64,000 nt of DNA, from contig CBFFRP010000168.1 of assembly GCA_965644295.1 (NCBI GenBank), positions 1-64,000 on the forward strand, in the 5' to 3' direction. The stretch is from Paraphysomonas bandaiensis (taxonomy: Eukaryota; Protista; Chrysophyceae). The notes below the pieces were generated by a model. That model was not told the DNA's origin. It worked only from the letters and a program-made list of their open reading frames with translations, and did no database searches. This document shows, one piece after another, positions 46,657-58,545 of this stretch. Every line of letters begins with the position of its first letter. Within the stretch, counting starts at the first letter, position 1. A program made the translations under genes and the position numbers.

Positions 46657-49600
46657 ATGCAGACAACAGCACCTAGTAGACAGTCCTCTGTGTCTGCACA
46701 AGCCTCTTATTCGGACTATGCACGAGCTTTTCGTCATGCATTACTTATACGTGGAAATGGCGATACAGGAGCCAAATCATACCTTAAATCAGTGTTTCGT
46801 GAGATTGATACAGATGGTAATGGGGAGTTAACAACCTCTGAACTCTTTACGTTTATACAGTCGATTGATATTAAGAATGAGATGCCTGAAGATGCCTTAG
46901 AAGGGATTGATACGGATCAGTTTGCAGAGATTTTAATACAACAGATTGATATTAATCATGATGGGAAAGTATCTTTTCGTGAGTTATCTGAATTTCTTTG
47001 GCCAGCTGTGGAATCTACACGTGAAGTTGGCATGGTTATTGAAGTTGTTCGCCAGGCTATAAAAGACTTCTTGGGCGATAGCCTCATTGCTCAAGCAGTG
47101 AAAAACAATTCTAATGATGATGCAACTCTTATATCCGCATTCGCGAAGAAAACAGGTGTAAAATTGTTACGGGGTAACCTCCTTGAAGTTCGGCAACTGA
47201 AAAAGGGTCTGAAGACTATTCAAAACAAAGAGCTTGGGTCACTAACGGACTACGAACTGGAGATGCTTGTCCACGCTATCGATGCTAATGGTGATAAAGT
47301 TATGTCTCCACGAGAATTCAAAACTTGGCTATTAATGCAACACGGAGAATACAGTAACACGCAACAGCAAACATCACGAAGTGAAGGGTGTCATGAGGAG
47401 AATGTAATGCATGCGGAAAACCGACACGAATCCGAGGAAGGAACAAGCTTACAGACTGACGCAGAAGCATCAGCTAGATTAAAGGCTGAGGAAGAAGCTC
47501 GTTTGAAAGCTGAAGCAGAAAAGGAAGCTCGTTTGAAGGCAGAAGAGGAAGCTCGATTAAAGGCTGAAGAGGAAGCTCGTTTGAAAGCTGAGGCTGAGGA
47601 AGTGGCTCGTTTGCAGGCTGAAGCAGAAGAGGCTGCAAGACTAAGAGCTGAGGAAGAAGCTCGTTTGAAAGCTGAAGCAGAAGAGGAAGCTAGATTAAAG
47701 GCTGAGGAAGAAGCTCGTTTGAAGGCCGAAGAGGAAGCACGATTGAAAGCTGAAGCAGAAGAGGCTGCAAGAGTAAAGGCTGAGGAAGAAGCTCGTTTGA
47801 AGGCCGAAGAGGAAGCTAGACTTAAGGCAGAAGAGGAAGCTCGATTAAAGGCTGAAGAGGAAGCTCGTTTGAAAGCTGAGGCTGAGGAAGCGGCTCGTTT
47901 GCAGGCTGAAGCAGAAGAGGCTGCAAGACTAAGAGCTGAGGAAGAAGCTCGTTTGAAAGCTGAAGCAGAAGAGGAAGCTCGATTAAAGGCTGAGGAAGAA
48001 GCTCGTTTGAAGGCCGCAGAGGAAGCACGATTGAAAGCTGAAGCAGAAGAGGCTGCAAGAGTAAAGGCTGAGGAAGAAGCTCGTTTGAAGGCCGAAGAGG
48101 AAGCTAGACTTAAGGCAGAAGAGGAAGCTCGATTAAAGGCTGAAGAGGAAGCTCGTTTGAAAGCTGAGGCTGAGGAAGCGGCTCGTTTGCAGGCTGAAGC
48201 AGAAGAGGCTGCAAGACTAAGAGCTGAGGAAGAAGCTCGTTTGAAAGCTGAAGCAGAAGAGGAAGCTAGATTAAAGGCTGAGGAAGAAGCTCGTTTGAAG
48301 GCCGAAGAGGAAGCACGATTGAAAGCTGAAGCAGAAGAGGCTGCAAGAGTAAAGGCTGAGGAAGAAGCTCGTTTGAAGGCCGAAGAGGAAGCTAGACTTA
48401 AGGCAGAAGAGGAAGCTCGATTAAAGGCTGAAGAGGAAGCTCGTTTGAAAGCTGAGGCTGAGGAAGCGGCTCGTTTGCAGGCTGAAGCAGAAGAGGCTGC
48501 AAGACTAAGAGCTGAGGAAGAAGCTCGTTTGAAAGCTGAAGCAGAAGAGGAAGCTCGATTAAAGGCTGAAGAGGAAGCTCGTTTGAAAGCTGAGGCTGAG
48601 GAAGCGGCTCGTTTGCAGGCTGAAGCAGAAGAGGCTGCAAGACTAAGAGCTGAGGAAGAAGCTCGTTTGAAAGCTGAAGCAGAAGAGGAAGCTAGATTAA
48701 AGGCTGAGGAAGAAGCTCGTTTGAAGGCCGAAGAGGAAGCACGATTGAAAGCTGAAGCAGAAGAGGCTGCAAGAGTAAAGGCTGAGGAAGAAGCTCGTTT
48801 GAAGGCCGAAGAGGAAGCTAGACTTAAGGCAGAAGAGGAAGCTCGATTAAAGGCTGAAGAGGAAGCTCGTTTGAAAGCTGAGGCTGAGGAAGCGGCTCGT
48901 TTGCAGGCTGAAGCAGAAGAGGCTGCAAGACTAAGAGCTGAGGAAGAAGCTCGTTTGAAAGCTGAAGCAGAAGAGGAAGCTCGATTAAAGGCTGAAGAGG
49001 AAGCTCGTTTGAAAGCTGAGGCTGAGGAAGCGGCTCGTTTGCAGGCTGAAGCAGAAGAGGCTGCAAGACTAAGAGCTGAGGAAGAAGCTCGTTTGAAAGC
49101 TGAAGCAGAAGAGGAAGCTCGATTAAAGGCTGAGGAGGAAGCTCGTTTGAAGGCCGAAGAGGAAGCACGATTGAAAGCTGAAGCAGAAGAGGCTGCAAGA
49201 GTAAAGGCTGAGGAAGAAGCTCGTTTGAAGGCCGAAGAGGAAGCTAGGCTTAAGGCAGAAGAGGAAGCTCGATTAAAGGCTGAAGAGGAAGCTCGTTTGA
49301 AAGCTGAGGCTGAGGAAGCGGCTCGTTTGCAGGCTGAAGCAGAAGAGGCTGCAAGACTAAGAGCTGAGGAAGAAGCTCGTTTGAAAGCTGAAGCAGAAGA
49401 GGAAGCTAGATTAAAGGCTGAGGAAGAAGCTCGTTTGAAGGCCGAAGAGGAAGCACGATTGCAAGCTGAAGCAGAAGAGGCTGCAAGAGTAAAGGCTGAG
49501 GAAGAAGCTCGTTTGAAGGCCGAAGAGGAAGCTAGACTTAAGGCAGAAGAGGAAGCTCGATTAAAGGCTGAGGAGGCGACTCGTTTGCAGGCTGAAGCAG

Positions 49601-50205
49601 AAGAGGCTGCAAGGCTAAGAGCCGAGGCAGAAGCTGCTAGATTGAAGGCTGAGACGGAGGCTCGGCTGAGGGCTCAAGAGGACGCTAGACTAAAGGCAGA
49701 AGCGGAAGCTGCTAGACGGAAGGCCGAGGCCGAAAAAGCTGCTAGACGTCAGGCTGAATCAGAAGAGGCAGCTAGATTAAAGGCTGAGGCCGAAGAATCG
49801 GCAAGACGAAAAGCAGAGGCAGCTCGGTTGATGGAAGCAGCAGAAGAGGCTGCTAAATTGAAGGCTGAAACCGGGGAGGCTGCTAGGTTGAAAGCTGATG
49901 TGGATGCAGAAGGAGCAGCAAGGGGGTCGTATGTTCCTCCTAGTGTTACCCCTTCTGGTGTGACTGTGGACTCAGTTAATGTTGAAATGGAAACATTTTC
50001 CTTGCTTCATACCAACGCCAGACCGCCAAAAGAGGAGAAGGTTGAAGGACGTTTTTCTTCGGCACCTGGGACACCTGACAAATTATTGGAACATTGGGAC
50101 GATGACAGTGATGGAAAGGCATTGTTGTCCCCGAGTAAGAGTAATTACTCAAAGCGAGAGAATCGAGATGAGGGGTGTTGTTGCTGTTGTTGCGGGTGGT
50201 GGTAG
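46657..50205 (+). CDS. EF-hand protein with a giant (AEEEARLK)n charged helical repeat and a Cys-string C-terminus
   Basis: EF loops DTDGNGELTTSE, DINHDGKVSFRE, DANGDKVMSPRE; about 780 aa of E/A/R/K repeats; ends CCCCCCGWW. Confidence 0.88.
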   Translation: MQTTAPSRQSSVSAQASYSDYARAFRHALLIRGNGDTGAKSYLKSVFREIDTDGNGELTTSELFTFIQSIDIKNEMPEDALEGIDTDQFAEILIQQIDINHDGKVSFRELSEFLWPAVESTREVGMVIEVVRQAIKDFLGDSLIAQAVKNNSNDDATLISAFAKKTGVKLLRGNLLEVRQLKKGLKTIQNKELGSLTDYELEMLVHAIDANGDKVMSPREFKTWLLMQHGEYSNTQQQTSRSEGCHEENVMHAENRHESEEGTSLQTDAEASARLKAEEEARLKAEAEKEARLKAEEEARLKAEEEARLKAEAEEVARLQAEAEEAARLRAEEEARLKAEAEEEARLKAEEEARLKAEEEARLKAEAEEAARVKAEEEARLKAEEEARLKAEEEARLKAEEEARLKAEAEEAARLQAEAEEAARLRAEEEARLKAEAEEEARLKAEEEARLKAAEEARLKAEAEEAARVKAEEEARLKAEEEARLKAEEEARLKAEEEARLKAEAEEAARLQAEAEEAARLRAEEEARLKAEAEEEARLKAEEEARLKAEEEARLKAEAEEAARVKAEEEARLKAEEEARLKAEEEARLKAEEEARLKAEAEEAARLQAEAEEAARLRAEEEARLKAEAEEEARLKAEEEARLKAEAEEAARLQAEAEEAARLRAEEEARLKAEAEEEARLKAEEEARLKAEEEARLKAEAEEAARVKAEEEARLKAEEEARLKAEEEARLKAEEEARLKAEAEEAARLQAEAEEAARLRAEEEARLKAEAEEEARLKAEEEARLKAEAEEAARLQAEAEEAARLRAEEEARLKAEAEEEARLKAEEEARLKAEEEARLKAEAEEAARVKAEEEARLKAEEEARLKAEEEARLKAEEEARLKAEAEEAARLQAEAEEAARLRAEEEARLKAEAEEEARLKAEEEARLKAEEEARLQAEAEEAARVKAEEEARLKAEEEARLKAEEEARLKAEEATRLQAEAEEAARLRAEAEAARLKAETEARLRAQEDARLKAEAEAARRKAEAEKAARRQAESEEAARLKAEAEESARRKAEAARLMEAAEEAAKLKAETGEAARLKADVDAEGAARGSYVPPSVTPSGVTVDSVNVEMETFSLLHTNARPPKEEKVEGRFSSAPGTPDKLLEHWDDDSDGKALLSPSKSNYSKRENRDEGCCCCCCGWW
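47470..49800 (+). repeat. Coding minisatellite of 24/30-bp units with 288/426-bp higher-order period
   Basis: Marker CTTAAGGCAG at 47821, 48109, 48397, 48823, 49249 and 49537. Confidence 0.92.
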
Positions 50206-51677
50206 ATACCGAGGTATAGTTGAAGTTAGTATCGCGAAATAGAGTCGATGGTTTGCCCTGATAGTTGTATATGATGGCATAGTTTGTGAAATTAGATTTA
50301 AAATAGTATCACATTCGGTAGTTTATATTATCATGTGCGATAGTTATCATGGGTAGATATATGTATAACATCGATACTAGTTTGACTTACTCTAGCTTAA
50401 TTACCACTATCAGCTACCAAAGATGCGTTGGTTCACCTTATAGTAGACTTCTATACTAGGTACGGTACTGTGCTACAACGATATTGACTAGATTCGGTTA
50501 ATATATCTATTCGTTTAAATATTGCAGTTATACATATATGAAAGTCTTATTATTAGCGATAGGCGTCAAGAATCTGCAATAGATAAGTAGTTAGATGAAA
50601 ACTAGTCAAGCTAGATAGAGACTTCTACCTGTAACTAGCTTGTACAAATTCTCATACTAGATACTATGTAACGCTACGAAAGCTGCTTTTGCGTCGCCGC
50701 AAGCACCAAGGTGCAACCACTTCCGTTCTTTAATGTGAGGGAGATCTCTATGGACGTGAGTCCTTAAAGTGTACATACATGGGATTGGGCTCTGCAGTGC
50801 TTTGGACAGGCACAGGATTCTGAATTTGTGAGTCGAGTGTTCCTAGCCTGAGATACATGAGCAAGGGGATAGATTGGGACTTCGGCATGTCAAGAGATGG
50901 CGCGGGCTGCGAGGTGAGCGTGGGGCGAAAGACAAGCTATAGGAAACAGCGCCATGGCATTTCTACTTGTGGAAGAGGTAGTCACGTGGGATGAGCTAGA
51001 GGTCTCCTAGTGAGCGAAGAACCATCGGTTTTCGTCGTGTGTTTTACAGTAATACAGTTCGCTTATAAAGTGTTCTTTTCACAACATGTATGATGTTGTT
51101 TAAAAGGCTTTTTGAAACTATAACCGATGGCAAAGAATACAGTATTTAAAGATGGTAGTATATGAGTATTATATAGACTGAAGCTATATTTATAGAGACT
51201 GGAGAAAAATATCAATTACATTTTGATATATATATCGATTCTGGAGTCACCCTCACCCTAAAAAAAGTCGACTCGCACTGTTTCTTTGTGGTATGGGGGA
51301 TAAGTACCGGATATATTTCACCGGGATACCAACGTGAGATATTGTTCTGCTTACTCATATCTATGTGTATAAAAAATATATAATATAAATAAAACTACAA
51401 TCTTTAACATGACAATATGTTACGTAAGTATTTTTTGTGCCCGTGGGGAGAACGGATTTGTCTTCTCTGGTGAAAGCCCCCTTCTTCTTGTGGAAAGATG
51501 GAGTAATGCTGCCCAAGGTGTCTAATATTATGCTCAAGGTATATCCTAATACTACACTCTATTGTAACTGTACTCCCTCTGTATGTACTGTAGCATACAG
51601 GATTTTAAATTTCAGCTTTACTTTTAGGTGTATGCACTATATATTATATATCAAATGTAGCCATCGTATATGCGTGT

Positions 51678-52568
51678 CAGGGCTGCGTAACAATTAATTG
51701 AATCGCAATTTAATTGCATGGAACATAGGTAATAATAAGTCGAGGTAATACCAAAACCTGGGTTTTGATGTAAAACCTGGTGAAATTTTTGGTGATGGTC
51801 GGAAAAGGGTATAACTATGCACAATAAGTAACTATGATGGTGACGGGGTCGTATGTCGTATATATGCGGTATTGTTCTGATTATTGTTGTGCGTTGTTAC
51901 TATACACTGTACTAACTGCTTATGATCCTTCACCTGCTTATGATCCTTCACCTGCTTATGATCCTCCACCTACTAGCAATGTGCCCCCAGCGGCTGTTGC
52001 CGCGTCGTTTCCGAGCATAGGTACTAATACTACTGTAAGTAGTAGTGGTAAAGATGGCTATATGCGTATGCAATGTATCCGAAATCAGGCTATTCGGTTG
52101 GAGCGTTTGCAGTCTCAAGCGAAGCAGATGTAGCTATATGAGAATATGATATTACAAAACACAAGTAATAATAGCAGGGCCAACTTTTAACGCAATAAAT
52201 ACTGCTAATAACAACTATACTTGCGACTTTTTCTTTATCTTTAACCTCTCAGATACAAATTACAGTAAAATAATAACTCAATACTTATATATGAAACCTG
52301 GTGAAATTGCTTTACCAGGTTTTGGTATTACCTCGACTTAATTGCAATAATCGATTAGAGGCCATTATGTTTTTGTGCTTTAATAGACTTCTGTGGAATG
52401 CAAATACGGTTGAAGATGCTATTCGTGCTTGTAGTAAGTATTAGGTTAATTAGAAAATAATTGGCAATTAAATTGCAATTATAATTATGCGAACAATAAC
52501 TAATAGTTGCAATTTAGTTGCTAAAACACATTTGCAATTTAATTGCAATTAATTATTACGCAGCCCTG
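51678..52568. mobile_element. hAT-type MITE with 8-bp TSD
   Basis: TIR CAGGGCTGCGTAA(C/T)AATTAATTG; TSD ATGCGTGT at 51670-51677 and 52569-52576. Confidence 0.92.
51737..52339. mobile_element. 603-bp MITE (AAGTC termini, 3-bp TSD) nested in the hAT MITE
   Basis: Perfect 25-bp TIR AAGTCGAGGTAATACCAAAACCTGG; TSD AAT; internal 18-bp tandem x3 near 51916-51970. Confidence 0.9.
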
Positions 52569-52772
52569 ATGCGTGTATACATAGAAACAGAAATCTTAAG
52601 AAAGCAGGAAGAAATAGGGGTAAAATACATACTATTACATATTTATACACTACTACGTCTAAAAAATACGTACAGTACTTGGATAACAAAATTGGATAAC
52701 AAAATAAATTCTAAGTACACAGTATATGAATAAATCGCACAAAAAATGCCACACAATAAGGTACCAACAATC

Positions 52773-55700
52773 TTACTTTCGCTCATGCAGAACAAGTTTG
52801 CCTCTCACTACTTCAGATGCCTGTCGGACCCTAACTAAGCACTGTATCCTTGTAACAAGGTCATGCACAGCGGGTTTGTTGTATCGATTCTCTTGAAACA
52901 ATTTAAATAAAATTCGATGCAATAGGTCAATAGAGTCTAATTCACGCTCAGGGGAATACACTCGAAGCAGTTTAAAACCTGTTTCCGATAAAGGCCTCCC
53001 AGAACTCGATACACTTACAGCGTAAAAGGAATCACTATACAGCACTCAGAGTTAGTGAAAATTAATACTTAGACGATGGACTTACCATGCGTCACAAAGA
53101 ATTCTGTTTTGAAATCCAACTCGGGAACTCTGAATCACATTTAGTTCAGTTGAGTCCGAAGTGCTATTGATAGCTAATGGCTCGACTAATACGGAGCCCG
53201 TGGGGTTATTTTCAAAATCAAACACAATTCTAGTAACAGAAACTACATTTAGCATCCCACCACAAACAACCATCTCACGCAAAGAATGCGAACATTTCGA
53301 CGGAACATGGCCTCGCCTTGGTTTATTGACATGAAAGTCCGTGCTTGCAGTGCTACAATCATCTGTATGCTCCCAGGTGGTTTGCTTCGACGATGATGAT
53401 CCATCTGCTTTCGAATGATAGCGTTGCTTGCATGACTTTCCTGTGGGAAAAGATTCTTCCTGGCGTACATAACGCTGAAATAGGATAGGCATAGACGGGG
53501 GGCGCATACAGGCGGGCAACCTCTCCTCTATTTTCAGGACATTATCTCGTTGTTGCTGCAATTCCTCAGGACTACACTCGGGTGGGAACACTGATATTTT
53601 TTTTCTACCTATTGTCCAATTGTATATTCGCTTATACCACGTCGAATTCCTAACTCTTTCTTCGTCTTGAGTAGCTTGCATGCGTGATATATTTTGAGCG
53701 ACCCGGGACCTTACATCCTCATATTTCATATATTCCCTATGAACCATAAGGATCTGTCTCTCGGCTTCTTCCTTCTCGTGTCGGAGACGCCGATTGGCGC
53801 GATCTGTCAGCTTATTAATATATCGAATTGCCACTTCAGTTACTCTTTCATCTTTCGTAAGTGAAGTACCACCAAAAGTAGCAGCTCTGTTTGTTTGCTT
53901 CGTTCTTTGTCCCCAATAGTAAACAGGGAACATCCAAGAAGGTACAGTGGCAAAATGTTGTTTGCTATCTTCCAGTACAGATTCTCGATACGATTTGAAC
54001 AGAGAGCCAATTCGAATCGAGTCGTCAATAGCAATCCGTAGAATCGGTTTCAATATAACTTCTTCCGTTTTCAGTTTCACGGGCTGCCGTGATTTCTTAG
54101 CAAATAGGGACTTTCGTACCGGACCTTTCTGTTTAGGTTGGGAGGGAATTGTAACAACTCGATTGATATGTCCCCCGTGGTACACGGACGACAACAACCT
54201 CTTCATATCATTAAATTCAATGCTCGCAGCAGTAATCAGGGCACTATATATCTCCATGGCATAAAAATGTTTCAGTTTCATCTGCTGATAATCTGCGCTT
54301 GTAGGCATGCTTCCACCATGATCAATCCACGAATGGTCATTCAATGATATCATATCAAGTAGTAACGAGTCTTTGCTCAGCTTGTCCGGCATACGGAGCA
54401 GACGCAGACGTGCAAATACGTTGCATCTCAGTACCCTAATTCTGTGATCACATATATTTTCATTGGAGGAAATATCCTAAGAAATTACGTCAATATTTAA
54501 GGTAGTGCATTCCATTGATTCTTACATCTAAACCGTGAAAATGGTTGTACGCAGCTATTGAAAAAGGGTGTCTTCCAAATAGTCGATCGATTTCGTTCGA
54601 ATCTACTGTAGACTCCTCAGTGATTGTGGAGGCGTCAGCGGTTGACGGCTATGCACCAACATTTATGACAGCACAGCACAATACATATACAGTGAATATA
54701 CCTTTAAGGACAAACCACTTCGACATAGCAACAGTTCCATCAGATCTAACGGATCACCTCGTTTCGCTATGTTCGCGAGTCTGGTATCATGCACCTTCAA
54801 TGTGCTGTACATGGTCCCTCCGTATAGCATGTGCCGCACACGCTGCAGAAATCCAATACACAGGGTCTTATTCTCATTTTTCCATTTGTCTTCAACGGAT
54901 GCGAACCACTTCGACAGCTTCCCTGACCATGATATAATTATTGTCGAGTTGATATAAGGAGGACCCTCTTCAAAATTCTCAAAAACATACTTTCCCAGTC
55001 CTGGGATATTTCTAGGAACTTTGCTCTTCACTACTTCTGGCTCATCTAGAGTACTGTTAATTCGTACTTTCTTGTTGACACCTTTTAATTTGGACGGGTA
55101 TCCGACCTTCTTGTGATGTGCTGACATGAGCTTTGCTTTCGATTTCGAGGACGAATTACGCGGTAGATACCTCTTGATAGATTCTACTTTAGCATGTAAC
55201 AACCCCTTTGAAATTAGTTGTTCAACGTAGAGGTGGGGCCATGATGGTAGTTCAGGAGCTGGAATTATTCGTTCTACATCTTTAGCTTTGTTCAAAGCCT
55301 TCAGCAAGAACATCTCCTCCTCAGTTTCTGATACATCAAGAGGGGTGTTTACAGTTGATTCGGCATTTAAGTCTGTATTGAATAGAACAGCGAAGAATTT
55401 AATTTCTTTGCGACCATTGTCACAAGCATCAGTGCAATATGAGGTTACAATATCATCCATTTCTTGCAGCTCTTCTTCAATTTTAATTGCCACATCAAGT
55501 GTGGCCTTTCGAGAGGCTCTAGTCAAAAACTTATCTGACTTTAATCGTCGACGAATTTCACAAAGTTTTCCGTGAGACTCTTTCATTTTCTCTAAATATT
55601 GAATTATTTCTCTAACTCTCGCTAAGCGGGTCTGTCTTGATTGTCTGAGGTACTTAAGTGCCCGATACCGAGTAAGTGAAGCCTTATCTGGTTCAATTTT

Positions 55701-57816
55701 TGCTTGAATTGTACACTTCTCATGTGTCGGAAACGTATCAATATGAGAGGACTGCACAGTCCCATTCACGATTAAGCCTGTAGAGCATTCGCTGGTGAAC
55801 TCCTTACGCAACAATTCCACGCTATTGCGATAAACTGCGCAAGCTTTGTGCGTACACATGTGCATTACACGAGGCGAAGTTCTCCAATCGATGTGGCAAT
55901 TACACAAACCGAATCTGCCAGCCCTATGAAGTGCAAATGCTATCTGAATCGACGATGCCGCATCGAACACATCATCGGAATATTGCTTGAGAAGTCTGTC
56001 ATCTGGAAATTTGGATGCAACAGCACCACATCTAGGAACTATAATATTTTTACTTATATATCCTCCCTTCACAATTGAGGAAGCGTCGAATTGTACATCC
56101 TGTAGTGTTCTATGTCAAAATTAGTATGTTCGAATGGAGCACCTACCTGATCCAATGCTCGTCGAACTTCAAGCAATTCCTCATATATGGAACACTCCTT
56201 GTCTACTGCATCCGATTCTTCGTCTCTTCGCTTGGATGCAACGTGATCCTCGTGTTCCATCATCACACAATCAGTTAAATAATTTCGAGATTTTGCCACC
56301 GCGACTGCAGCTTCGATATCTCGTTGCTGATACTCTTCTCGAAACATGTCTTCCCTCTCAGCCCTTTCGAGGACTTCCTCCGCCCTCACCCTAAACCAAG
56401 GTTACAGCATCGTATCAACAAATCAAGGTTTCCTTACGATTCAATAATATTCCTTGTTTGCTCCCGAACCTTCCGCACACGCTCTTCCTCACGTTCTCTT
56501 TCCTCACGAAGCTTCTGCACTTCATTCTGCTGACGGCGCAACTCAGCCAAAACAGCGGCATAATGCCTTCGGAATTCATCGTGTAAGTCATTTTCACGCA
56601 TCAATCTTCTCTCCTTCACCATCTGTACATACTCTGCCCTTAGAGAGGCAGCTTGCTTCTCTTCTTCAGCTTCGCGCCGTTTCGCCCACTAATTTATCAT
56701 GTCAAGATTGGATGTATACGAATATTATTTAAAGTCACACCCAAAAGCGTCACGGAGTAAAGACAAAACTTCAGTGTGCCTTAAATTATACCTGGATACA
56801 CGTCTTCGTGACATATAGTCGAGGAAGTTCACGCATAGGCCTAGAAGGAGTGGTTGCGATTGCAATAGACTTCATAAGCATATGAATCGTTTGAACGTCT
56901 TGCAGCCCTACACACAACAACAGCGATTACATACGCCGAAAGCAGCCACACAATTTTCACATTCTTCGTATTTACAGCGTATGCAGTCACCTGGTCTGTC
57001 CAACAGCTTTTGGATATTTCCCTTGGCCCATATTCGTAAATTCCTCATCAACCTACAGCGCATTTCGTTAGCCCTCCATGCCCGGGCTGCCCATCCCCGA
57101 TATACTTTCTGAATTCGTACTGCCGCAGTACATTGTCGAATTTTAACCTCGGCGGTAGTCTGAAGTTGGCGTCGCTTATGCTCTCGAAACCGCATATATT
57201 TTTTCTCAATCTGTGACACAGCCCGCATCGATCGTCTGCGAAGTTGTTCACGTAATATCCGCTGTCGTTCAGCTTCATCTCGTCGAACAACATATCTACG
57301 CCATGCTCGATGAAGCTTTTCCGCAGCTCGCATTTTTTTCCCTTTCGCTAATCGCTCGTATATTTTAACGACATTATAGGCGTGTTTCCAGACGTGGAAT
57401 GCTCTATGCCGACAGTAGTTCTGAATTGTCAAAGCAAGTTTATGCAAAGCACGTTGTACATTCGGCATTTGAAGAACAATCCGTAAATGATTCACCTCAG
57501 GTCCGACTGAGTGTATAGCATTCTCTTTAAGAGTCTTTAACTCCTCCAGTTTGGAGGCTAATGCACGCTTGACATAGTTGGACTGTGCCAGCTCATCGCC
57601 ATAAGTGAGCTTAAATGAAGGTATACCCGCATAAGATCGCTCTGATGGGGCTGTTTTAGATAATCTCACATCAACTCCATCTATTTGATCCTCTTTAACC
57701 TTCTTTTTCTTCTTTACAACACGTCCAAACACTTGTTGTGAGGTTCTAGCCAATAGAAGATCCTCTTTGACCTGTAGAGGGGTTATTACTGGATTACAGG
57801 GACGGGTACGAGACAT
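52773..57816 (-). CDS. Large multi-exon hypothetical protein with IQ calmodulin-binding motif(s) and coiled coils
   Basis: Chain of minus-strand ORFs joined by short introns; AAVRIQKVYRGWAAR. Confidence 0.7.
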
Positions 57817-58545
57817 TGAGTTGATAGGTTAATAGGGAAGAAGAGAAGAAGGTATGAATGTATATGATAACATGGCTGTGATGAGAGATACATACACAGT
57901 TACATGAATATGTTTACTTAAATAGACTGTGTATGAGCATCATAACTGACAGGTCCATTAGACCACATGTACTGCTCTATATGTACTTATGTATATATAT
58001 ATTGTACCTGTTTAAAATATATACGTACTTTATTGACAGGTACACTCAGAGATATATACATGAAAATACATACAGAAATTAACACACATTTTCATATACA
58101 TGAAAATACATAACAACTTCATCAAAACTTGGAGTTTATAGAGTTTATAGAGTTTCTACGAATGGACAGCAGCAATTTCTATTCATCTCATATACAGTAT
58201 ATACCGTCATCCTACCGTCTTCTTTTCTTCGAATCATTCCATATATCTCAACACTCAACACACTACCTACGTACGTATCCACCTCAATGCGGGTATGAAG
58301 GGTTGAATGAAGGAAGTCCATACGAAACCCCCCCAACCTCCACACCTCCTCTACCTCCATATACCATATATATGTATAGTATGCCGTATGGTATACACAA
58401 GCAACACTCGATGTCTTCTCTTATTAATTGAATGGTTCAGTAGTATCACTCTCTATAATATTACAAGTGATATTATAGTACATATCTATATATATAAACA
58501 GTTGCATGAGTTATATTGTGTATATTCCACCATTGACATATAAAA

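Noticed and set aside
47822-49198. Minus-strand L/P/Q-rich ORFs
   Set aside because: Antisense shadows of the AEEEARLK repeat
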